A stretch of DNA of 64,000 nt. It comes from Camelus ferus (lineage: Eukaryota). Numbering within the stretch: position 1 is the first letter of the stretch; each line of letters starts with the position of its first letter. The notes beneath the pieces are model-generated. The model was not told where the DNA came from and ran no database searches. It was given only the letters and a program-made list of their open reading frames with translations. Shown here piece by piece: positions 13,314-26,689 of the stretch. The DNA lies in assembly GCF_009834535.1 (NCBI RefSeq), contig NC_045698.1:7938001-8002000 (forward strand), written 5' to 3'. Both the position numbers and the translations under genes were made by a program.

Positions 13314-14220
13314 ATGAGCAAAATGAAGAAGCAGAAAAACCTTTCCCAATTAAAAGAACAAGAGAAATCCCCTGAAAGAAAGATCAATGAAATAGACATC
13401 GATAGCCTACTAGATCAAGATTTCAAAAAAGGAGTGATCGAATTGCTGAAGGAATTAAAAGAGATAGTGTTTAGAGATATAAAATATGTCAAAAATGAAA
13501 TTGAAGCTATAAAGAAGAGCCAAGTAGAATGGATAAACTCATTGACAGAGATGAGGAATGATCTAATAGCTGTGCAAAGCCGACTAGATAATGCAGAGGA
13601 ACGAATTAGTGATCTAGAAGACAGGGCAACAGAAAGCACCCATTCAGAAGAACTACAAGAGAAGCAAATAAAAAATAATGAAAATAGCATAAGGGACCTA
13701 TGGGATAATATAAAGCGTCCCAATCTTCGCATAATAGGGGTCCCAGAAGGAGAAGAAAGATCAAAGGGGATTGAAAAGGTTTTTGAAGAAATCATGACTG
13801 AAAACTTCCCAAACTTAAAGAAGGAATCAGATATCCAAGTACAGGAAGCTCAGAGGGTCCCAAACAGGAAGAACCCAAATAGACCCACACCAAGACATAT
13901 CATAATCAAGATGGCCAGAGTCAAGGATAAAGAAATGATTCTAAAGGCAGCAAGAGAAAAGCAAAGAGTAAGTTACAAGGGAACCCCCATAAGGCTCTCA
14001 GCTGATTTCTCTACACAAACACTACAGGCCAGAAGGGAGTGGCAAGATATATTCAAAGCCCTGAATGAAAAAAAGATGCAGCCTAGGATCCTTTATCCAG
14101 CAAGGCTATCCTTGAGGATAGAAGGAGAAATAAAGAGTTTCACAGACAAAAAAAAAAAAGCTGCAGGAGTTTAGCAACACTAAACCCATGCTAAAAGAAA
14201 TATTGAAAGGGCTATTCTAA
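13314..14220 (+). pseudogene. L1 ORF1p (RNA-binding chaperone), about 300 aa, with one frameshift in an A12 run
   Basis: Coiled-coil region followed by RPNLRIIGVPEGEE, REKQ, QARREW and YPARLS motifs. After the A12 run (14148-14159) the natural C-terminus LQEFSNTKPMLKEILKGLF* continues in another frame to TAA at 14218-14220. Confidence 0.93.
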
Positions 14221-14624
14221 ATAGAAAAGCAGCAGGATGCTACAGAAATGAGAAACACACAACTGGAAAGGTGATAACTCATGAATTACAAATAAAGTAA
14301 ACATGAAATTATAAAAGAAGACATACAAATTACTGAGAGTGGGAGAGGGAGGCAGGGAAATATAGAATATTTTTTTCTTTCTTTTTAAAATTTTTTTAAC
14401 AGTAGGATGGGTTTGAGATTATGTTACTATCAGTTTAATAAAAACAGTTATAGTAATGGGTTGATAGATTTACAAAAAAGGGTAACCACAAGCCAAAAAT
14501 TTACAAAGGAGTCACAAAAATTAAATAAAATCCATGATAATACAAAGGAAAATTACCAAACCACAAAAGGAAGAAGAAAGGAACAAAGAGGATATACCAA
14601 TTCAACTGCAAAGATAAGTTCAAA

Positions 14625-17600
14625 ATGGCAATAAACACACATCTATCATTAATTACTGTAAATGTTAATGGACTAAATGCTCCAGTCAAAAGACACAGAG
14701 TGGCAGACTGGATAATAAAGCAAGAACCTTCAATATGCTGCATACAAGAGACCCACTTTAGGGAGAAGGACACATATAGATTGAGAATGAAAGGATGGAA
14801 AAGGATATTCCATGCAAATGGAAAAGCCAAAAAAGCAGGTGTTGCAGTACTGATTTCAGGCAAAATAGACTTTAAAACAAAGGCCATAAAGAAAGATAAA
14901 GAAGGACATTTTATAATGATTAAAGGAGTGATACAAGATGAGGATATTACACTCGTTAATATATATGCACCCAATATAGGAGCACCTAAGTACATACAAG
15001 AATTACTAACAGAGATAAAGGGGGATATTGATGGGAATACAATCATAGTTGGAGATTTTAACACTGCATTAACATCACTAGACAGATCTTCCAGACAGAA
15101 AATAAACAAGGCAACAGAGAAATTAAATACTACAATAGAAAAACTAGATTTGGTGGATATTTTCAGAACATTACACCCCCCCAAAAATAGGATATACATT
15201 CTTTTCAAGTGCACATGGAACATTTTCCAGGATCGATCATGTACTTGGGCACAAAAGAAACCTCAACAATTTTAAGAAGATAGAAATTATCTCAAGCATC
15301 TTTACTGACCACAATGCCATAAACTGGAAATCAACAACAGAGAAACAAAAGAGAAAAAAAGGAAAGCATGGAGATTAAACAATATGTTATTGAAAAAACA
15401 ATGGATCAATGAGGAAATCAAAGCTGAAATTAAAAAATACCTTGAGACAAATGATAATGAAAGCACAACCACTCAAAACCTATGGGACACAGCAAAGGCA
15501 GTGCTAAGAGGGAAGTTTACAGCGATACAGGCCTTCCTCAAAAAAGAAGAACAATCTCAAATAAACAATTTAACCCACCACCTGAATGAATTAGAAAAAG
15601 AAGAACAAAAAGCCCCCAAAAGCAGCAGAAGGAAGGAAATAATAAAGATCAGAGAGGAATTAAATACCATAGAGATTAACAAGACCATAGAAAAAATCAA
15701 CCAAACCAAAAGCTGGTTTTTTGAAAAAATAAATAAAATCGACAAACCTCTGGCCAAACTCACAAAGAAGAAAAAAGAGAGAGCACAAATTAGCAAAATA
15801 AGAAAGGAAAATGGAGAAATTACAACAAACAAAATAGAAATACAGAATATCATACGAGAATATTATGAAAAACTATATGGAACCAAACTGGATAACCCAG
15901 AGGAGATGGACAAGTTTCTGGAAACACACTGTCCACCAAAACTAAATCAAGAAGAATCGGAACACTTGAACAATCCGATCACTAGAAAGGAAATAGAAAT
16001 AGCAATTAGAAACCTCCCTACAAATAAAAGTCCAGGACCGGACGGCTTCACCGGGGAATTCTACCAAACATACAAAGAAGAACTCATACCAGTCCTTCTC
16101 AAACTCTTCCAGATGATTGAAAAGGAGGGAATACCCCCAAACTCATTCTATGAAGCCACCATCACCCTGATACCAAAACCAGGCAAAGACACTACAAAAA
16201 AAAGAGAATTATAGGCCAATATCACTGATGAACATAGACGCCAAAATCCTCACCAAAATTTTAGCAAATAGAATCCAACAACACGTAAAAAAGATTATAC
16301 ATCATGACCAAGTGGGGTTCATCCCAGGGACACAAGGCTGGTTCAACATACACAAATCAATCAGTGTAATACATCACATCAACAAGAGAAAGGACAAAAC
16401 CACATGATCATCTCAGTCGATGCAGAAAAAACATTTGATAAAATTCAACACCCATTTATGATAAAAACTCTCGCCAAAGTGGGTATAGAGGGAACATATC
16501 TCAACATAATAAAAGCTATTTATGACAAACCTACAGCCAGCATAGTACTCAACGGTGAAAAACTCAAAAGCTTCCCACTAAAATCTGGGACAAGACAAGG
16601 ATGCCCACTATCACCACTCCTATTCAACATAGTCCTGGAAGTCCTAGCCACAGCAGTCAGGCAAGAGAAAGAAATAAAAGGGATCCAAATTGGAAAAGAA
16701 GAGGTAAAAGTGTCATTATATGCTGATGACATGCTACTATATATAGAAAACCCTAAAAGGTCCACACAAAAGCTACTAGAGCTGATTGAAGAATTCAGCA
16801 AGGTAGCAGGTTACAAAATTAACGTTCAAAAATCAGTTGCATTTCTTTACACTAACGATAAATCAACAGAAGAAGAAAGTAAAGAAACAATCCCCTTTAA
16901 AATAGCACCCAAAGTAATAAAATATCTGGGAATAAATCTAACCAAGGAGGTGAAAGAATTATACACAGAAAACTATAAACCATTGATGAAGGAAATTAAA
17001 GAAGACTTTAAAAAATGGAAAGATATTCCATGCTCTTGGATTGGAAGAATCAATATTGTTAAAATGGTCACACTGCCCAAGGCAATCTACAGATTTAATG
17101 CAATCCCTATCCAATTACCCAGGACATATTTCACAGAACTAGAACAAATCATAATAAAATTCATATGGAACCATCAAAGACCTAGAATTGCCAAAGCATT
17201 ACTGAAGAGAAAGAAAGAGGCTGGAGGAATAACTCTCCCAGACTTCAGACAATACTACAGAGCTACAGTCATCAAGACAGCATGGTATTGGTACCAAAAC
17301 AGACATATAGACCAATGGAACAGAATAGAGAGCCCAGAAATGAACCCACAAACTTTTGGTCAACTGATCTTTGACAAAGGAGGCAAGAATATACATTGGA
17401 ATAAAGACAGTCTCTTCAGCAAATGGTGTTGGGAAAACTGGACAGCAGCATGTAAAACAATGAAGCTAGAACACTCCCTTACACCATATACAAAAATCAA
17501 CTCAAAATGGATTAAAGACTTAAACATAAGACAAGATACAATGAACCTCCTAGAGGAAAATATAGGCAAAACATTATCTGACATACATCTCAAAAATTTT

Positions 17601-18420
17601 CTCCTAGAAGAAATAAAAGCAAGAATAAAGAAATGGGACCTAATGAAACTTACAAGCTTCTGCACAGCAAAGGAAACCAGAAATAAAACAAGAAGAAAAC
17701 CTACGGAATGGGAGAAAATTTTTGCAAGTGAAACCGACAAAGGCTTGATCTCCAGAATATATAAGCAGCTCATACGACTCAATAAGAAAAAAATAAACAA
17801 CCCAATCCAAAAATGGGCAGAAGACCTAAACAAGCAATTCTCCAAGGAAGACATACAAATGATCAAAAAGCACATGAAAAAATGCTCAATATCACTAATT
17901 ATCAGAGAAATGCAAATCAAAACTACACTGAGGTATCACCTCACACCAGTCAGAATGGCCGTCATTCAAAAATCCACAAATGACAAATGCTGGAGAGGCT
18001 GTGGAGAAAGGGGAACCCTCCTACACTGCTGGTGGGAATGCAGTTTGGTGCAGCCACTATGGAAAACAGTGTGGAGATTCCTCAAAAGACTAGGAATAGA
18101 CTTACCATATGACCCAGGAATCCCACTCCTGGGCTTGTATCCAGAAGGAAATCTACTTCAGGATGACACCTGCACCCCAATGTTCATAGCAGCACTATTT
18201 ACAATAGCCAAAACATGGAAACAGCCTAAATGTCCATCTACAGGTGACTGGATAAAGAAGATGTGGTATATTTATACAATGGAATACTACTCAGCCATAA
18301 AAACAGACAACATAATGCCATTTGCAGCAACATGGATGCTCCTGGAGAATGTCATTCTAAGTGAAGTAAGCCAGAAAGAGAGAAAAATACCATATGAGAT
18401 CGCTCATATGTGGAATCTAA
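14625..18420 (+). pseudogene. L1 ORF2p (endonuclease / reverse transcriptase / Cys-rich domain), about 1265 aa when five indels are corrected
   Basis: EN motifs NVNGLN, QETH, GDFN, SRIDH, TDHNA. RT motifs [10 protein letters not shown] and YADD (16719-16730). Zinc knuckle [18 protein letters not shown]. Indels: +1 at C7 15176-15182, -1 near 15321, +1 at A8 16196-16203, -1 at A4 16396-16399, -2 near 18381. Canonical end [11 protein letters not shown] at 18420. Confidence 0.95.
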
Positions 18421-20134
18421 AAAACAAAAACAAACAAACAAAAACAAAGCGTAAATAAAGGACAGAAATAGACTCACAGACAGAGAATACAGACTTGTGG
18501 TTACCAGGGGGGTGGAGGGTGGGAAGGGATAGACTGGGATTTCAAAATTGTAGAATAGACTACACTGTATAGCACAGGGAAATATACACAAAATGTTATG
18601 ATAACTCACAGAGAAAAAAATGTGACAATGAGTGTGTATATGTCCATGAATAACTGAAAAATTGTGCTGAACACTGGAATTTGACACAACATTGTAAAAT
18701 GATTATAAATCAATAAAAAATGTTAAAAAAAAAAAAGAAAAGGAAGAATTCAAAAAGACAAAAAGTTAACCTAGAATTCAAGCTGGGTTTATATTATTTG
18801 AGGTGAAAAAGACATCGCCCATTCTGACTCTTGCAACAGTGCCCTGGTATTCTCTACAAAAGCATTAACGTGCTTTCATCCAGCCAGCTCTGACCCTGAA
18901 ATCAGAGACAGATGAGCAGTCAGTGAACAGGAGCAAGTCTGCCACTACCCTAATCCTCTCTCTCAGTAACTAAAAGGAGAACAGAACAGTGGCTTTTAGC
19001 TGGGGAGTGTGTCTGAGAGCAGATGTGCAGCTTAATAAGGGTCAAAGTGTGGTAGAGTTTCCAAACACATTAATCCAGGAAGGATTAATGAACTCAACCG
19101 TGTGCTGGGTTGAGCATCACAGCTACACAGATGACAGCGACACTGTCCCTGCCCTCCAGGAACTTACGGGTTAACGCTCACAACAGAGGGAGGTGATTTC
19201 AAATATCCGCCATACAATGTGAACGGAAAATCCGGAAAGCACGTCATAGCCACACTGGTGGTGGGAGGATGATTGACACAACCTCACGATGGGAGATGCC
19301 CCAGCAAAATGAGAAGGAAGGCCAGTGAGGAAGCCTGCTATATTTGAGATGAGAGAATTCAGTAAAGCCTTGTAGAATTTCACTATTTTTAAAAGTGCAT
19401 GTAAAATTAGACATTTATAGTATATAAATTTTTGCCATTAAAATTAATTAGACTCAGAGGAATCACAATATCTAATCACTTCAACCTGGCAAAGAATATA
19501 ATTATCGATATCAATTTAGTGTAGGAGGAAGACAAATATATCATGGATCTTCTATTTAAATTTAGCTGTTAGAAAGACATGCCTTAAAAAAAAAGAAAGA
19601 CCTATGTCTTAGTGTTCTTTTTGAGATTACATGACGACTGTATTTCACAGCTCAAACATTCTTATTTAAAACTACCCCATAGAGATAATTCATATATTTT
19701 ACAATTATTTATTGAATAATGAATTGATTGATATGTTCAGTAATAAGCAATTTTTTATAGCTTGATTAATTTTTCTCAATTTCGGATGTCCATGTTTTCC
19801 TTGATGGAGACATCTCGAGATAAATCACATGGATATTTCATTGTAAAGATAAAAGCAGAGCACTGTACTGTGTTTTCTAAAATAAGACTACAATGTAAAA
19901 TATGGGCTATGCCTTTAAATATATGTGTTTACAGGTACATACATACTGATGCTCTATAATTCCTCCAGTTCTTTTCACAAAGGGATGTTTTGTTAGTGGT
20001 TTTAAAAAATCATATTCTGACCTCCACTCCTAAAAGTTAATGTTTGAGGTCTGAGGACATTTCATCTTATTCATACCCTCCAATTAAAGGTTTAAATTAT
20101 TCTCAAAATAGCTAAGCCTAGATAATATTTAACT

Positions 20135-20179
20135 GTATATATATGTGTGTGTGTGTATGTGTGTGTGTGTGTGTGTGTG
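20135..20179. repeat. (TA)n(TG)n microsatellite
   Basis: Direct reading. Confidence 0.9.
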
Positions 20180-23100
20180 CACGCGTGTGGCTTGGAGAAA
20201 GCATGTATTTGTATTCTAAATTGATTCTGTTTAAATAAGAAAGAATTTTCAGTTTGGGACATATGATGTTAGCCTTTCAATGTTTTCTTCTCATCCCAAC
20301 ACAGGGATAATGACAACGACACACTTTTCACTTGTGGGGCATGATGAATTAAGGACTCTGCTCTTTGAGAAAATAACTTACAACACTGACCTTCATGGCA
20401 GGAATTCACTGGGCACTAATTCATAACTAGCAGAGAAAGTAGGATAATGTGGGCTTAAATTGTAACAATTTATTTTGAAGGTAGAATTCTAAGTTGATAT
20501 TTACAGCATTAAAAAGAAAATCACTGTGATTAGTTGAGAACGCGCTTTAAAATTTCAGACACTGAATCCTAAGTGATGCTCCTGTGCCTCCCGGAGCATC
20601 ACTTAGGTGTCGTGGTGCCGGCAGGGAGGTGGGCTGATCTGTTGATGCCCCTGACCCCCAAGGCAGGTAACACCCGTCCTGTCTCCATCTTTGTCCAAGG
20701 GCTCGGCTGGGCAAGACTTTTTGGTCCTGCTACTCCACAGCAAACATGGAAATGTAAGCTGGCTCCTCAGAGAACCAAACTGAAATATGCACATCTGTCA
20801 TGATGTAAGCCGGCCATGAAGGACTCACGTGCAGCAGGGATGATGGCTCGTATCCGAGCGGAGAACTTCCGTCCACTGCTGAGTTCAGAAAGGACTGGGC
20901 ACTCCTGGCAGCCTGAAGACCTGGGGCTGGCAGAGTCTGTTAGTATCCAGGCCCAGGAGGCTCAGGGGAAAAACTTAAGCCCTGGGCACGGAGGGGACCC
21001 GGACGCATCTGGGGAGCTCAGTCAGGCTAGGCAGCAACTGACAAGAGAGGTGGGAGTGCCTCCTAGGAGAGAACTGACTGGAGTGAGAACCAGCCACCAG
21101 GTCCCACGAGCAGGATGCAGTAATGGGGAATGTGGACTCGGTAACCAGCGTGGAAACCATGACTTGGATCTGTCCCCAGCCCAACAACCAGAAAGGCATG
21201 GAGGTAAAGGTGGGAGAAAGCTGTATTTGTCATGTCTGGAGCATAAGGAACACTGTTGAGGGATTCCACAACAAATTATAATGCAAAGGGCAGGAGGCCA
21301 TTCCTCCTTTCTGGGTCACCTACTACCTCCTGGGGGCTCCGGGCAGACCTCCATGGGGGCACTTCACCCAGGGAGCAGACGTGAGACCGTGCCCAGCAGC
21401 TGAACAGTGCACGCCGTGCCCAGTGAAGCTGTGGTGAAAGGGTGGGGAACCACAAAGCCCTGTCGGAAAACTATGAGTGTCCTGCTAAGGCCAGTGCACA
21501 GAGGAAGCTGGGGACAGTAGTGTTTCTAAGGCAGAACCACACCTGGCACAGTGGAGGATGTAAACCCGGGGTTCCTCGCACATGTGCGTGTCAGAGTGTC
21601 CCCGTCGGTGTGTGCATGCCAGCACTGTGTGTGTCTGTGTGGGTGCATGCCTGTGTAAGCCTGTGCATACCAGCACCTTTTTTTTGGGGGAGAAGAGTGA
21701 TGAATGGGAGACAGTTGGCATTTCAAGCTGATTTGCCTTAACTTCAGCCTCTCTCTTCCCCATCCACGTCTAAGTAACTTTATTCTTCCACACCCTCTCC
21801 CCACCAACAGAGCTCTCAAAACTGACAGCAGGTGATTCCTTCACCTTACTGCCTTCAGCTGGTGATCTCTCCCAAGGACCCCACAGTATTTGTATAAAAC
21901 AAATACAGCAGAAGAAATTGGGGGATAGTTAGATGGGGGACACCATGCCAAGAGGAGCTATGGGCTAGGATTCTTGCAAATTTCACATGTCAGACAGACT
22001 TTCTGCGGCCTAATGATTTTTTAAAAAAGTAATTTGCATAGATATAGCTGTTTCCATAGAAACTCAGAGTGTTAATTTACATCAAGGCCCTCATGGAAGC
22101 TTTAGCAAAGCTACCTAGAGATGGCAACGGACTCCCTGCAGGGAAAAAGGACTTTTAATAAGACCTTGATATTTGGAGGTTCGTCAGTAAACTGTGGCGA
22201 GGTGTTCCTTTCCTTTCCGATTGTGGGGCTTAATTAATCAGACTTTGCATTTGCTTTTGGGGGAGTTCCCATCCTGGGACCACATGGTCATTTCTTTCTT
22301 TTCAATCCCATTTTGATTAGGTTCAAGTTATAAATACCTAGCTGTGCTTAATGTGAAGTTTATCCATGACAATAAAATTTCGCATCTGTGTTTACACACT
22401 CCAATAACTAAGTTAATAGCCAGGGCAGTTTGGCAGAAAATTATTAAATTGATAAATTGCTTGAAAATCCTAAATGATCCATGCATCTCATAGCCACGAC
22501 TGTATGTTAAATACAAATTTCTATTTTCTGTTAATTTAACTAAGCATTGGGATGTCTGCTGGAGATGGGGTGGAAGGTAAAGGAAATTAATAAACCATCC
22601 TGCCTATAAATGTCCTAAATGAAGGATACGCGTAATGGGGGGTGTAGAAATGATTAAACTTATCAGAAAATACCTCCAGGGTCAAAGGAGGGAGGAAAGT
22701 ATCTGGGAAAGATACCCCAAAGCTGAGGCACCACAGCCAAAGGAAAACAAATGTATTCAGTTTTCTTCTTTTTTAAAAAACTCTTTTCTTTCATTGCCCT
22801 GAGCATGCTTGGAACCAATAGAAAATTGAGCATCTGCTTCATCCAGACTATAACATCACTTAAAAAGCAAACAAAGAATTGAAACAAAACAAAACTGCTC
22901 CAGTTAATGTCTGAGATCTCTTTTCATTAATAAAAAATATTTTCTGGCTGCTTTGGAATTCATGTTTCCCGGCCTTATATTCCAAGCATGTTGCAATCTC
23001 TCACTAACTTTAGAGGAAAATAATTTTTTGAGTGAAGAATAAAAACTGGAGGACAATGTTTTTTAATCTAAAAAAAAAAAAAATCTCGACATAAAATGTG

Positions 23101-23964
23101 AATGGAAGTAGCTTCGTATTACTACTGATACTTAACGAATGTAAAAGACGGTCCTAGCTGTTAAATAGATCCGGAAATGAGATTAGAGTCCCTGCTCAGG
23201 TTTGCTTTTAATTAGTAACTGCCGAGATAAGCTTTGAAGCTCTATTTGTGAACAGAGCAGGTACGCCACTTGAAGATGGAATTGAGTTTATGAATTAAAA
23301 TCTATTTTATCAAAAAAAAAAAAAATCCAACATGCATGAAAGCCAAATGACATGCAGGGAAAGTGACGTACTGAATACGTTTATGCTCAAGTGCCCATGT
23401 TTTTAAAATTGTGATGTGAAAAAAATTTCCAAACTTTTCTGTTGGACAACCGTCATCTGCACAGTAAGTTAATTCTGGCTGGCTACTGGGAATTGATAGT
23501 AGTAAGAGTACTGACGCACGTTGTCCCTCGTTGAAGAGAACAGTGCAGAGCTTGGGGGTGCCTCGAGCAACATCTGCATGAAGCAAATCAAGTTATGCAG
23601 AGAATTACAAAGGACCAGCCTCATGATGCTCTCCCTCCAAAAGGCTCCTAAGAAAAGTATTAGGTTGAAAGGCAGAGATGGATGGAGAGAGAAGAGCAGA
23701 ACCGTAAGAAGCAGGTGGCGTTGCAAGGAGGGTGGCGATAGCAGGCACACAGCGGGGACCGACTTTGCGGGAGCCTGTGTGCGGGAGGACTGCACATACG
23801 CCTCACGCATGTGTGCGGACGACACACTCAGTTCGTTCTCACTAGAGGAAGGGTGATTCCGCGAGCACGTATGGGAGGCTTCACCCCGCTGGCTTGTGAC
23901 ATGTGTTTGAGTCTCTTGCTGCCGTTATCTGAAAGCCAAACTCAAGCCCTGCTCTAAAACCCAT

Positions 23965-24418
23965 TACACTCGTTCCAAGACGCCCAGTGGATGCCTGAAG
24001 CCGCAGATGGCACTGAACTCTATATACAGCATGCTTTTCCCTATACGTATGTACCAATGATAAAATTTAATTTATAAATTCAGTACCATAAGAGAATATC
24101 TGAATTGCCAGCATCACTACTCTTGCACTTTGGGGCTGTCCTTAAGGAAAATAAGGGTGATTCGAACACAAGCACTGTGACACTGAGACAGTCCAGCTGA
24201 CAACTGGGCCGGCTACTCAGTGGCTAATGGGCAGGACACGCTGGACAAAGGGGTGATTTGCTTCCGGGTGTGATGATTTCACCATGTTACTCAGAAAGGC
24301 ACACTATTTAAAACTTACCGATTGCCTATTTCTGGAATTGGTAAATATTTTCGGACTGTAGTTGGCTGCAAGTAATGGACACCACAGAAACGGAAATCTC
24401 AGATAAGAGGGACTACTG
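23965..24418 (-). mobile_element. TcMar-Tigger non-autonomous DNA transposon, MER44-like
   Basis: Right end gataagagggactactg|TA is the reverse complement of the CAGTAGTCCC..CTTATC terminal repeat with a TA target. Internal ttccaagac.cccagtggatgcctgaa motif. Confidence 0.8.
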
Positions 24419-26689
24419 TACAAACGTTACTTTCTTCAGTAAGTCTTTCCTGATCTCCTCGACTGAGAATTCTCTTTGCTCTTCGAGGCTCTTCTGGCCC
24501 CTTTTCAGTGCTTACTTTGTCCATGTGGCCCCTCTCTCATACTTGACTGACAGCTCCTTGGGGACAGAGCTCAAAGCTCCATCATTTTCATATTTTATCT
24601 CATCCACTCTGCCTTGCACATAGTGTTGCTCAGATATATATATATACAGGAGGAAACAGGAAAGAATGTGGACAGGAAAGCCAGCTGCTCAGGACACTTT
24701 CCTTACGTCTCTGGGATTACAGATCTCTATGATCCAGGTCCCTGTGTTAAGAAATCACAGAGATTCTTCCTCTGGGTTTTCCCATGGGAGGGCACCGCGT
24801 GGACGGCACACAGCTGCTGTGATGGCAAATACACCAGCAGTCACGATGGGCAGCCCACTGGAAGAGTGAGTCGTGAAGTTAAGATAGTTTGGCACATGCA
24901 AACCCAAACTGAAGCTTCTCCCTGCCCGGCTGAGTTCCATCCTCAAAGGGACGACCAGGAAGGAAGTTTGTTTTGAACATTTCATGGAGAATAACAAATA
25001 AAAACATCTGCTGGGAAGGAAAACAGGTGTTGGGCAGAGGACGTAGACATTCTCTAATTCTCTCGTCTCCTCCAGGATCCAGTGGGGATTTCCATGTTGT
25101 GTTCGTTAACACCCGTTAATGTAATTTTTGTGATAATTGTAGAGCAAATAGAGCAAACTCTCAAATATAATTAGGGAAAAGTGCTTCTAATTAACTTGTA
25201 ACTCGTGGGTTGCAGAGTAGAGCCACAAATCAGTTATGCGTTGTCAGACCTAACAAGTAAAACACACTGTACATTTCCGTCTGGGCAAATAAACAAAGCA
25301 AGACAAAACGCCCCTGGCAACACTTTCCTTTGAACCTTTACGATGTTCTGGCATGCTCTGAAACTCAATTGCAGGTAAGCACAGGTATGTCCCTCATCAT
25401 CAGCACCAATGATCATGGTGATGAAAAATGAAGACAACCTCAGACATTCTGGGAACATCCAATATGCTACCTCGGCAGCGTGGGAGATGGATGTCACTCA
25501 AGCATTAAGCTCAGATGGCTGCACAGAGGTCCTGATGAAACCCCCAGATGTTTTGCAGGGAAGCAGAGGACGATGATAGTAACAAGTCTCCTCCCAGTTT
25601 ACAGAGCCATCGATAGCAATGGCTTACCGCTGTCTGTAAGTTAGGGAACTGTTGTGGGCAATCTCGGCAACATTTGTTAAAAGTCGCTCCACTGTGTCTC
25701 TCTTACATAAGAAAGCACATTAGAGTAAGTGGTAACCTCAAACTCTTTCTAATTTGCAAAAAAAAAAAAAGAAAAGAAAAGCTAAATGAGCCACATCTTT
25801 TTATAATTTAGTTACTATTAGCAACAAATTATTCTGGCATCTCTCAAAACACATCCAGGCCTCTTAAACCACAGTGGGGACTGGTGGCCTGCAGAGATTA
25901 GCAAGCGATGTTGCTGAAACACACAGGGTCATGAGAACTGCCGTAGGGTCTTGTTAAAAATGTGGAGTCCTAGGCTGTTACCAAAGAGATTTGGGGCCCA
26001 GAAATCTGTGTTTGACTGGGGGAATTGCAAAATCACCAGGGTAAAGCAGACAGACTTTAGGAACAGAGGGCCAAGCACGGACCATGGGTCAGCAGTGACA
26101 CGGAGCAACTCCTTTAAATCCAGGCTCAGGGGACTGCTGGGCGTATTCAGGGGACCCAAAAGGATGACTGGTAAGTGGTGGGTGTTCAGGAATTTTTTTA
26201 AGACCTTTCTGGGATACAGGAATGCAGAGAATACCTTGATTCTCGGGTCAGGCATATTAGGGAGCAGTAAGAATTTAAAACAAGGAAATAATGTCATGTA
26301 TCAGCTTTAGGTACATCCACTGTGTCCTTCTCTGTGGCATTTGTAGCAAAGAAAGGTTAAAGACTGATCTACCATCAACAAGTTTTATCTTATGATGACA
26401 TAAGCTATCATGAACTCATTTAAAAACACTTTATATCAGAATGGCTTGATGTAGAACACAGGTGCTGCCATCATGGTCATTAACAAGAGGAATGGTCCAT
26501 CCTGGAAGGAGGTGGGATCTGAGGACCACGGGACAGGGCTGTGTTCTCATCCTGGGATGCACCCTCCAGACTTCCATCTTAGTTAGCACACCATTATTTG
26601 GGGCATTTTATTCCTTTAAGCTGAGCTTCATTCCAGGTAATAAATTCCCATCACATTCTAATCTCAGCTGGCTTCATTTTTCATCACAG

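Larger units (their letters stand above)
11622..18735 (+). mobile_element. Full-length young LINE-1 (about 7.1 kb), antisense to CTNND2
   Basis: Perfect 17-bp TSD AGAAAAGGAAGAATTCA at 11605-11621 and 18736-18752. 5' end carries a YY1 motif (AAGATGGCGG). Then a 1.69-kb CpG-rich 5'UTR, ORF1, a 404-nt spacer, ORF2, 3'UTR, AATAAA at 18712-18717 and a short A tail. Confidence 0.98.

Noticed and set aside
14501..17920. Several hydrophobic minus-strand ORFs (240, 98, 93, 186 aa)
   Set aside because: These are antisense shadows of A-rich L1 ORF2, a familiar artefact.
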